Shown: positions 18,484 to 24,703 of the stretch, in pieces
Layout: each line of letters opens with the position of its first letter
Numbering within the stretch: position 1 is the stretch's first letter
Source of the DNA: a virus
Lineage: Duplodnaviria; Caudoviricetes
IMG/VR virus record: IMGVR_UViG_3300020042_003067
Coordinates: 1-24,741 of that record
Strand: one strand, 5' to 3'
DNA length: 24,741 bases
The notes under the pieces: generated by a model
Told to the model about the DNA's origin: nothing
Databases searched by the model: none
What the model saw: only the letters and a program-made list of their open reading frames with translations
Made by a program: the position numbers and the translations under genes

Positions 18484-18499
18484 GCCCCCCGAAGGGGGC
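18484..18499 (-). other. GC-rich RNA hairpin with cUUCGg tetraloop
   Basis: Minus strand GCCCCC-TTCG-GGGGGC; no U-tract follows in the direction of transcription. Confidence 0.7.
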
Positions 18500-18509
18500 T
18501 GGTTAATTA

Positions 18510-18653
18510 TTATTTGGTAATTTTAAAGTTGGGGTGCTTGAACAAATCAACTAAACGCAAGATTTCTTCAAACGATAAATCAGGGCAAATTTCTTTGATT
18601 TCGTTGTACATAGCTTGTGTTACTACCCAGCCGTTGTTTGTGATGTATTCCAT
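18510..18653 (-). CDS. Hypothetical 47-aa protein, first gene of the leftward operon
   Basis: MEYITNNGWVVTQAMYNEIKEICPDLSFEEILRLVDLFKHPNFKITK*; AAGGAG RBS. Confidence 0.7.
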   Translation of the reverse strand: MEYITNNGWVVTQAMYNEIKEICPDLSFEEILRLVDLFKHPNFKITK

Positions 18654-18696
18654 TTTGTTACTCCTTCACGAGTTGATAAAAGTACTGCATGGATAA

Positions 18697-18726
18697 ATCT
18701 TAATCTACAAATGTAGAGATTCGCAA
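18697..18726 (-). promoter_or_regulatory. Leftward sigma70-like promoter with palindromic operator in the spacer
   Basis: TTGCGA-N18-TAAGAT; the spacer holds the perfect palindrome TCTACA-N2-TGTAGA (18704-18717). Confidence 0.65.
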
Positions 18727-18791
18727 AGTATTTTTACTTAGGACAAACCCTTAGTGTTGCTTTTACGCACTTTGTTGTTTTTTTGTAACGG

Positions 18792-18810
18792 TGTAGAATA
18801 AAACTCTACA
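18792..18810 (+). promoter_or_regulatory. Inverted TGTAGA/TCTACA site over the likely cro promoter
   Basis: TGTAGA-ATAAAAC-TCTACA immediately before the AGGAG RBS of the Cro-like gene. Confidence 0.55.
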
Positions 18811-18820
18811 AGGAGAAACC

Positions 18821-19000
18821 ATGACTGCTTTTGAAAAATTAATGGCTGAATTTGGCTCAATCAAGAATTTATGCCAAATCTTAGATGTGAAGTATGTAAC
18901 GGCCTATGCCTGGAAGATGCGTAACGGCATACCTGCTAAATGGCATCAGAAGATCGTAGAAGCCTCGGAAGGCCGCATTACTGAGCAAGACCTTGGCTAA
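18821..19000 (+). CDS. Cro/YdaS-like HTH transcriptional regulator (59 aa)
   Basis: Manual translation MTAFEKLMAEFGSIKNLCQILDVKYVTAYAWKMRNGIPAKWHQKIVEASEGRITEQDLG*; FG...L...L.V......W....IP......I...S.G.IT..DL pattern; AGGAG RBS. Confidence 0.85.
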   Translation: MTAFEKLMAEFGSIKNLCQILDVKYVTAYAWKMRNGIPAKWHQKIVEASEGRITEQDLG

Positions 19001-19307
19001 TAGCCAAAACAGCCGTACAGTCGCTTTGCTTGAGTCTAGGGGCTATAAGTGCGATGTGGTCGAGTCTTACAATGCTTTCACCAGGCGCAAGAAAGACCTA
19101 TTCCATATATTCGATATATTGGCAGTAGGCAATGGGGAAACGGTAGGGGTTCAGATTACTAGCAAATCCAATATGAGCAGTAGGGTTAAAAAGATTAGCG
19201 AGTCGGAATACCTGCCAGAACTAATACGCAGCAAGTGGCGCATCCTTGTTTTAGGCTGGTACAAACAACCTAACGGCAGATGGGCTTGCAAGGAAGTGGA
19301 GTTGTAA
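18993..19307 (+). CDS. PD-(D/E)XK nuclease, Holliday junction resolvase-like
   Basis: 104 aa; L..RGY...VE, DLF..FDILA and GVQ.TS motifs. Confidence 0.65.
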   Translation: MANSQNSRTVALLESRGYKCDVVESYNAFTRRKKDLFHIFDILAVGNGETVGVQITSKSNMSSRVKKISESEYLPELIRSKWRILVLGWYKQPNGRWACKEVEL

Positions 19308-19315
19308 GGTATAGT
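19286..19315 (+). promoter_or_regulatory. Sigma70-like promoter
   Basis: TTGCAA-N18-TATAGT with TTGTA at the same spacer position as in the other two promoters. Confidence 0.55.
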
Positions 19316-19519
19316 CTAGGTTCGCATTTGAAGTAGATGTAAAAAGTTAGGAAAAGGAAAACACCAGTTTTCCACATCAGAGAATTGATGTTTTCTTTTT
19401 TCTTCTTTCTTTTGACTTTCCTGAATTGACAGGGGGATCTTTCCACAGTTCTGTGGGGGGGTTTGGGGGGGTTTGCCTTTTGGTTTCTTCTGCTTTCTTT
19501 TAGAGGCAACTTTAATAAC

Positions 19520-20134
19520 ATGGATTCTATTAGCTACATTGCTTGTACACACAATAAAAACATCTTAGAAAAGTGTTTATTGAAATCGCTTATTCTTAAA
19601 GATGACGATGAGCTGATTGTTGTAGAAAACGCAAACTCTATTGCAGAAGGGTATAACACAGGCATAGACAAAGCCAAGAATAAGATTAAATGCTTTGTTC
19701 ACCATGACCTTATTGTTACCAATCCAATCTTGCTACGCATGAATCTTATAGCGTACTGCATAGAGGAAATCGGTATGGTCGGCATTATAGGCAGTCAGAC
19801 AGAGGCAGCGCCTTGGTGGGAAGGGCAATGCGTTGGCAGCGTTGTTGATTCTCGCAATGGAATACTCTACTTTAGCGATGGCAAACAGTTTTGCTTGCAC
19901 TTAGACGGCCTTATGCTGGCTACTTACCAAGATGTGCGGTTTGATGAATCCATACCAGGCTTTCATCTTTACGATCAAGACATTTGTAGGCAAATGGCAG
20001 ATAAGGGTCTGCATAACTTCTGCATAAAAGATGGCTATCGAATGATTACGCACTTTACCAGCACACCAATGGATATGTCTAAGATAAATGGGTACGCAGA
20101 GGCTATGGAAGTCTATACCGCAAAATGGGCATAA
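19520..20134 (+). CDS. Glycosyltransferase-like protein (GT-A fold, Glyco_tranf_2_5-like)
   Basis: SIAEGYN.GI..A......FVHHDL, G.VG..G, LDG..LA, FDE..PGFH.YD.DIC and H motifs; ATG at 19520 preferred over the upstream GTG. Confidence 0.85.
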   Translation: MDSISYIACTHNKNILEKCLLKSLILKDDDELIVVENANSIAEGYNTGIDKAKNKIKCFVHHDLIVTNPILLRMNLIAYCIEEIGMVGIIGSQTEAAPWWEGQCVGSVVDSRNGILYFSDGKQFCLHLDGLMLATYQDVRFDESIPGFHLYDQDICRQMADKGLHNFCIKDGYRMITHFTSTPMDMSKINGYAEAMEVYTAKWA

Positions 20135-20143
20135 CTCTTAGGT

Positions 20144-20249
20144 TTTGTATCTAATGAGATACAAATTTCCCGATCAGGAATATTTGTTTAATTAACTGCA
20201 AATTTTCCTAAATTCTTCCCGATCAGGAAAGTATATACATTGTCTATAC
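20144..20249. repeat. Cluster of palindromes including two copies of TTCCCGATCAGGAA
   Basis: TTTGTATCT-aatg-AGATACAAA (20144-20165); TTCCCGATCAGGAA (20167-20180, 20216-20229); TTAATTAA (20188-20195); GTATATACA-t-TGTCTATAC (20231-20249). Confidence 0.85.
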
Positions 20250-20260
20250 AAAAATACTTC

Positions 20261-20290
20261 TTGCACGAATGTAGATTTGTAGATTAGTAT
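20261..20290 (+). promoter_or_regulatory. Sigma70-like promoter with tandem TGTAGA sites; probably leaderless transcript
   Basis: TTGCAC-N18-TAGTAT; the ATG at 20298 lies 7 nt after the -10 box and has no SD. Confidence 0.6.
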
Positions 20291-20297
20291 TTAATTT

Positions 20298-20645
20298 ATG
20301 AAAAGAATACGAGTATCTACAGATGGCTTATGCGCTCAGGCCACATTCTGCTTTCCTTCTTGGGCAGGCAAAGACCTACGAAAAAAATGGCTGGTAGACC
20401 GCATACTACTTAGAGGCATATTGAATGAAGGTGAGATTATTCTTACCCCAGTCCAAATCGCCACAGACCCAAACAATAGAAAACTAATGATGGATAGCGT
20501 TACCGGTAGCCTTTATCGGGATGACGGATCTTGCTTTACATCAGACAAATTAAAGTTAATTTCTATTCGTGCAGAAAACGATCTAGACAAAATTTTGTTA
20601 AGCATGAAGGCTATAAAGGCACTAGGAGGTAGTAATGGCAACTGA
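20298..20645 (+). CDS. Hypothetical protein
   Basis: 115 aa ORF after the promoter; MD.VTGSLY..DG.C motif. Confidence 0.6.
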   Translation: MKRIRVSTDGLCAQATFCFPSWAGKDLRKKWLVDRILLRGILNEGEIILTPVQIATDPNNRKLMMDSVTGSLYRDDGSCFTSDKLKLISIRAENDLDKILLSMKAIKALGGSNGN

Positions 20646-20850
20646 GTTTATTCCGTTTGCTGGAGAGGTAGACATCAGCAAAACCGCTATGGAATTAGCA
20701 GATGAGCTAGAAAGCGCATTGCAGTTTAGTAATGCAATGTATGCGCTAGTAGAGGCAGCAGAGATGCTAAGAGCGCAAGAGCTAAAAATCCGTGAGATGC
20801 AGATGCGGATAGATAGCCTTACCGTTTACACAAACTATGGGAGTCATTGA
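20635..20850 (+). CDS. Hypothetical coiled-coil protein
   Basis: 71 aa; AGGAGG RBS; A.ELADEL...EAA.MLR pattern. Confidence 0.7.
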   Translation: MATEFIPFAGEVDISKTAMELADELESALQFSNAMYALVEAAEMLRAQELKIREMQMRIDSLTVYTNYGSH

Positions 20851-21077
20851 TGAGCTTTTGGCAAACAGCAAACGATGTAGAAGAACTAGCATACAAACTT
20901 GCTAATGTAAGAGATATGATTGAGCTGATTGCAGAAGATGTAGAAGATCCATATAGCGGTGCGCTTTGGGCAGTACATAGCATGATAGATGATCTGCAAA
21001 ATAAAGTAATTTCCCAAGCAGATAAAATAATGGAATTACACAGGGAAACATTAAAACCTAAAAAGGCAAAGAAGTGA
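20850..21077 (+). CDS. Hypothetical helical protein
   Basis: ATG overlapping the upstream TGA; GGAG RBS. Confidence 0.65.
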   Translation: MSFWQTANDVEELAYKLANVRDMIELIAEDVEDPYSGALWAVHSMIDDLQNKVISQADKIMELHRETLKPKKAKK

Positions 21078-21190
21078 GCTTTACCATTTACGAGCCAAGC
21101 GGCCAGAGGTTCATTCAGTATTTTTTTAATATAGATGAGCTGATCGCAAGCATGGAAAAACATCCACAAAACATTTACCACAGAAACTAA
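21074..21190 (+). CDS. Hypothetical 38-aa protein
   Basis: GTGA overlap; MSFTIYEPSGQRFIQYFFNIDELIASMEKHPQNIYHRN*; stop abuts the next ATG. Confidence 0.5.
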   Translation: MSFTIYEPSGQRFIQYFFNIDELIASMEKHPQNIYHRN

Positions 21191-21430
21191 ATGATAACGA
21201 TAAAGTGGGCTGGTACTATTCTTTGTTTATTTAGCATAATGCTAACTTCGCTTAACTTTTACCCAGGTAACATTCTTATAGGATTTATAGGCTCTGGCTT
21301 GTGGGCTGTGGCTGGGTATGATCAAGACGATATGGCCTTGTTTACAGTAGAGATAGTAGCTGTTGCTTTTTACTTTGCAGGCATAGTATTATTTGTAACC
21401 AGTCAACTTAATAAGTGGGGACTTTTATGA
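21191..21430 (+). CDS. Small 3-TM membrane protein
   Basis: 79 aa; KW.GT...YP.N......G...W...G...D pattern with three hydrophobic segments. Confidence 0.7.
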   Translation: MITIKWAGTILCLFSIMLTSLNFYPGNILIGFIGSGLWAVAGYDQDDMALFTVEIVAVAFYFAGIVLFVTSQLNKWGLL

Positions 21431-21813
21431 GTTTTGATGAGTTATGGGGGATGTATCCAAGAAAGGTAGCAAAGCGTGTAGCGCAAAAGAGCTTTGAGCG
21501 CCTTACGCAAGCAGAGCAGGCATTGGCAATAGCAGTAATGCCAAACCATATAGCGTATTGGAAAGCAAACGATACGCAATTAATTTACATACCACATTTG
21601 GCGTCTTGGCTGAACGCCTATCGGTTCGAAGATGAGATTGTCATCGAGCCGCCAAAAGTAAACAAGCGCCCAGAGTTGCCTTGGTATAGCTCGGAAGAAT
21701 TAACAATAAAAAAAGCAAACGAGATTGGAGTACAAGCGTATGCCGGAGAAGGATGGCAGCAATGGAGAGCCAGGATCAGCAACAAGATTAAACAACTAGA
21801 GGAGCAGGCGTGA
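21427..21813 (+). CDS. Protein resembling the C-terminal domain of phage replication initiators
   Basis: FDELW.MYPRKVAK..A.K.F...YIPH.ASWLN..RFEDE signature; ATGA overlap at the start. Confidence 0.7.
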   Translation: MSFDELWGMYPRKVAKRVAQKSFERLTQAEQALAIAVMPNHIAYWKANDTQLIYIPHLASWLNAYRFEDEIVIEPPKVNKRPELPWYSSEELTIKKANEIGVQAYAGEGWQQWRARISNKIKQLEEQA

Positions 21814-22580
21814 ATGAGCTGGCTCTTTTCGCAGGCGCTGGTGGAGGCATACTTGGGGGACATCTCCTTGGATGGAGAACAGTCTGTGCAGTCGAATGGG
21901 AAGTCTACCCAGCAAGCGTATTGTGCGCTAGACAAAATGACGGACTTTTGCCAAATTTCCCAATTTGGGATGATGTACAAACCTTTGACGGAAAGCCTTG
22001 GAGAGGAATTGTTGATGTCGTATCTGGGGGATTTCCATGCCAGGACATCAGCTCAGCCGGAAGGGGGGGGGGAATTACTGGAAGCCGAAGTTCAATGTGG
22101 AAAGAGATGGCAAGAATTATTGGCGAAGTACGACCCAAGTACGCATTTATTGAAAACAGCCCAATGCTCACTATTCGGGGACTTGAATCAGTCCTTGCAG
22201 ACTTGGCCTCGATGGGGTTCGATGCGGAATGGGGAGTGCTGGGAGCAGATTTCATTGGACTCCCACATAGGAGAGAACGAATTTGGGTGCTGGCTGCCGA
22301 CCCCTGTAACAAGTATGTGGAGAGGGGCTGCAAGCAAAAGATATTGGGGAAGCCCAGATTACAGGGCATCATTTACGACAGAGTGGATAAGAACGAACAA
22401 GGATTGCGCTCAATATTATCATCCGGATTATGTAGAACTTTTAATGGACTTCCCGGACAAGTGGACAGAATTAAAGCCATTGGAAACGCACAAGTTCCTA
22501 GAGTGGCAGCAGTAGCATGGACTTTATTAAAAGAAAGGTTAGATGGACACAAGCAGCGAGGAGTGGAGAAACATCTGTGA
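21810..22580 (+). CDS. C5 cytosine DNA methyltransferase, alpha polypeptide (motifs I-VIII and X)
   Basis: LFAGAGG (I), GGFPCQDIS (IV), ENS (VI), PHRRER (VIII), RIKAIGNA.VP (X); no recognisable motif IX in this frame. Confidence 0.92.
   Translation: MNELALFAGAGGGILGGHLLGWRTVCAVEWEVYPASVLCARQNDGLLPNFPIWDDVQTFDGKPWRGIVDVVSGGFPCQDISSAGRGGGITGSRSSMWKEMARIIGEVRPKYAFIENSPMLTIRGLESVLADLASMGFDAEWGVLGADFIGLPHRRERIWVLAADPCNKYVERGCKQKILGKPRLQGIIYDRVDKNEQGLRSILSSGLCRTFNGLPGQVDRIKAIGNAQVPRVAAVAWTLLKERLDGHKQRGVEKHL
21814..22515 (+). CDS. Nested +1-frame protein: putative beta polypeptide of the C5 methyltransferase carrying motif IX
   Basis: 233 uninterrupted codons inside the MTase gene; TWPRWGSMRNG, LPTP and HPDYVELLMDFPDKWT (motif IX-like). 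The true start codon is uncertain. Confidence 0.75.
   Translation: MSWLFSQALVEAYLGDISLDGEQSVQSNGKSTQQAYCALDKMTDFCQISQFGMMYKPLTESLGEELLMSYLGDFHARTSAQPEGGGELLEAEVQCGKRWQELLAKYDPSTHLLKTAQCSLFGDLNQSLQTWPRWGSMRNGECWEQISLDSHIGENEFGCWLPTPVTSMWRGAASKRYWGSPDYRASFTTEWIRTNKDCAQYYHPDYVELLMDFPDKWTELKPLETHKFLEWQQ
22063..22072 (+). repeat. G10 homopolymer inside both methyltransferase frames
   Basis: gccggaaGGGGGGGGGGaatt. Confidence 0.9.
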
Positions 22581-22782
22581 GGCTAGGGATTTACTTACTT
22601 GGCCTTTAGCAAAAAGACGGAAACAACTGGCGCTGATATGCGAAAAAAGAGGCGTAAAAGCGTACGAGATACTTACACAGGAAATGACAAGACAATGGAC
22701 ACAAGCCCGAACAAAGCAGTCGAGTTCATCATTAAGCAATCAGGAGTCTTTGCCGCAGCAAAAGCAAATAGAACTTATATAG
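22543..22782 (+). CDS. Hypothetical protein
   Basis: 79 aa; SEEWR..CEAR..L...L..R...L...EKRG pattern seen in small phage proteins; AAAGG RBS. Confidence 0.6.
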   Translation: MDTSSEEWRNICEARDLLTWPLAKRRKQLALICEKRGVKAYEILTQEMTRQWTQARTKQSSSSLSNQESLPQQKQIELI

Positions 22783-23021
22783 AGAACTACCTGCGATCAG
22801 CTAAAAGTCGGCTGATGCTGGAATCCAGCGCCTCTAGCATCGCTGCTAAAGAGATGGAAGCCTACGCTACAGACGATTACATAGAGCTGCTAAAAGGGCT
22901 AAAAGAAGCCGTAGAAACAGAAGAAAAACTTAAGTGGCAACTAATAGCGGCACAGGCTCGGATAGAGATATGGCGCAGCCAAGAGGCTACTAATCGTACT
23001 ATTGATCGTGCTACGCAATGA
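22695..23021 (+). CDS. UvsY-like recombination mediator-type helical protein
   Basis: ATG at 22695 preferred; A.AKA....E....S....LM...E.EA...Y...L..L..A...E.L.W......I..WRS..A pattern. Confidence 0.55.
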   Translation: MDTSPNKAVEFIIKQSGVFAAAKANRTYIENYLRSAKSRLMLESSASSIAAKEMEAYATDDYIELLKGLKEAVETEEKLKWQLIAAQARIEIWRSQEATNRTIDRATQ

Positions 23022-23095
23022 TTGATTTACCATATTACATTGGGCTGGCTATACTTATTGCGCTAGGTATATCAATTTGGGTTACATTTAGGTAA
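23018..23095 (+). CDS. Possible 25-aa TM peptide
   Basis: MIDLPYYIGLAILIALGISIWVTFR*; ATGA and TAATG overlaps with its neighbours. Confidence 0.5.
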   Translation: MIDLPYYIGLAILIALGISIWVTFR

Positions 23096-23373
23096 TGGCT
23101 ACGAAAGATGAAAAGAACACATTGGCTGCGACTGCAAGACTCGGATGTATTCTTTGCTCCGAAGTCCTTGGGATTGAAGGCTCTCAAGCAGAACTCCATC
23201 ATGTGCGGAGGTTTGGAGCTAAACGGTCTACATCCCCTATCCTGCCATTATGCCCAGAACACCATCGTGGAAATACCGGTGTTCACGGATTGGGTGCAAA
23301 AGGTTTTGAGTCTAAATGGGGAATTACCTTTACGCAGCTCTTGGAGTCGGTCAGCAAAAGACTGGGAAAGTAG
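23095..23373 (+). CDS. Ref-like (recombination enhancement) HNH nuclease
   Basis: LGCILC...AELHH.R...LPLCPEHHRG..G.H......FE..WG. Confidence 0.8.
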   Translation: MATKDEKNTLAATARLGCILCSEVLGIEGSQAELHHVRRFGAKRSTSPILPLCPEHHRGNTGVHGLGAKGFESKWGITFTQLLESVSKRLGK

Positions 23374-23375
23374 AC

Positions 23376-23732
23376 TTAGAGTTCCAAGGGATCTAGACCG
23401 AGTTCTGTAGCAACCAGCTTACAGCGATCCCTAAAAGCCTTTCCGTGATGCAGCCATCTATCGCCCTTCTGCCGGTGAAAGCTCATGTGTATCATCTCAT
23501 GGCATAGTGTAGTTAATACGGTGTAATAATGGCCGCACCTAGCAGACGATACCGTAACCGTATGCTCAAAGTCCTCGCCAGAATCTAGCAAATAGCTACC
23601 CATAATCTCTCCATCTGCCGTCACGACAAAATCCACAGTTTCGGGTAGAGGCATTTTCCATTTAGTAAATGGATAGCAACACGCTAGAGAGGCGTATAAG
23701 TTCCTGAGTACGGCTGGTGATAATGATTTCAT
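23376..23732 (-). CDS. SprT-like zinc metalloprotease domain protein
   Basis: TL.HEMIH...HG..F motif. Confidence 0.8.
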   Translation of the reverse strand: MKSLSPAVLRNLYASLACCYPFTKWKMPLPETVDFVVTADGEIMGSYLLDSGEDFEHTVTVSSARCGHYYTVLTTLCHEMIHMSFHRQKGDRWLHHGKAFRDRCKLVATELGLDPLEL

Positions 23733-23743
23733 GTCTTCATGCG

Positions 23744-24703
23744 CTAGACTTTGTGCAAAGCGCCACGAAAATCTACTAAATCTTCTCCAACAACTCGAAT
23801 AATCTCAGGCTGCAACATTTTCTTATTTTCAAAACTCAACATAACATAGCCTTGACCCCAGTCTTTAGGGGTATCTTCTGTGTATGCAAACTGCTGGGAA
23901 TATGGATCAGCCAATGTGCCTGTCTGAACTCCCCAGCGTGTGCCGTTATAGTCTGCGACTGGGATTGCTGAAAGCACATGGGTATGACCTGTAATCATAT
24001 TAACCCCTGAGTTCATGGCATTGTTTCTGCCTCCAGTCCAGCCGCCTTTCCATCGATGTTTAATGCAAGTATCTTCATTTATCCAAAACGACCAGCATGG
24101 CTGCCACAATGGGAAATACTCTTTTAGCGTAGTGCCTCGCACACCTTCAAACGCAGGCAAGTTAGCGACTATTGACATCTCTAGCCTTTGGTCATGATTA
24201 CCCAATGGCCAAAATAATTTAGCGCCTTTTGCTACCTTTTCAATTTGACCTAAGTAATGTTGGCAAGCCTCTAGCTCCTCTTTAACTGTAGGTAGCTTAG
24301 ACCAGTCTGCTCTGGGAAAGCGGCTGATATTTGCGCCATCTAGCGCATCGCCATTACAGACAATGGCTGTAGGCTTAAATTCTTTAATAGTTTCTAGAAG
24401 GGCTTTAAATGCGGTGGTGGTTTCATCAGGCCAAAAGTGGGCATCGCTAAATACAATTACCCTGCCTTTTTCTATATCCATACCTCTGCGAGTATGTCCA
24501 GGCGTTTGTTCCGTTTTTTTGAAATAGGCTGGATTGTCGCTTGCAAAGGTATCTAAAATAATACCGTACTTATTTTCTAGGGTTCGCCTACGGGACATTA
24601 CATTACGAATGGCAATATCATGTTTTTTTGCAAATTTAGTAGGACTTCCTATTGTTTGCCAAGAAGCAATCCACTCATCATCTGTTAGGTGATAGCCAGC
24701 CAT
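23744..24703 (-). CDS. Calcineurin-like metallophosphoesterase with N-terminal HTH-like extension
   Basis: SDAH, NGDALD, GNHD, KH and GHTH motifs; ATG at 24703 preferred. Confidence 0.88.
   Translation of the reverse strand: MAGYHLTDDEWIASWQTIGSPTKFAKKHDIAIRNVMSRRRTLENKYGIILDTFASDNPAYFKKTEQTPGHTRRGMDIEKGRVIVFSDAHFWPDETTTAFKALLETIKEFKPTAIVCNGDALDGANISRFPRADWSKLPTVKEELEACQHYLGQIEKVAKGAKLFWPLGNHDQRLEMSIVANLPAFEGVRGTTLKEYFPLWQPCWSFWINEDTCIKHRWKGGWTGGRNNAMNSGVNMITGHTHVLSAIPVADYNGTRWGVQTGTLADPYSQQFAYTEDTPKDWGQGYVMLSFENKKMLQPEIIRVVGEDLVDFRGALHKV

Larger units (their letters stand above)
18468..18675 (-). repeat. 17-bp direct repeat CAACTCGTGAAGGAGTA (18659-18675 and 18468-18484) containing the RBS
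   Basis: Exact duplicate tactccttcacgagttg on the + strand, upstream of two consecutive minus-strand ORFs. Confidence 0.9.

Noticed and set aside
18484-18499. Hairpin as an intrinsic terminator
   Set aside because: No U-tract follows on the transcribed minus strand; more likely a stability or processing hairpin.
18703-18721. Minus-strand AATCTCTACATTTGTAGAT resembles the Cas12a crRNA handle (AATTTCTAC-N4-GTAGAT), suggesting a solitary repeat or RNA anti-CRISPR
   Set aside because: Single copy, no cas genes or spacers, and it sits in the -35/-10 spacer of a predicted promoter, so it would not be transcribed from it. An operator palindrome explains it better.
19463-19519. N-terminal extension (MGGFAFWFLLL...) of the glycosyltransferase
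   Set aside because: It derives from the G/T-rich leader; the domain begins at ATG 19520.
19270-19552. Minus-strand ORFs of 83 and 78 aa
   Set aside because: Low-complexity translations antisense to the local transcription direction, with no RBS. Not called as genes.
20167-20229. Two 14-bp repeats with a 35-bp spacer as a mini CRISPR array
   Set aside because: The repeats are too short, there are only two, and there is no cas context. Kept as a palindrome cluster.
21618-22372. Antisense ORFs over the methyltransferase locus
   Set aside because: No recognisable motifs; expected as a by-product of dual-coding constraint.
23108-23410. 100-aa +1-frame ORF overlapping the Ref-like gene
   Set aside because: No motif support, and it runs into the convergent SprT gene, unlike the MTase nested frame.
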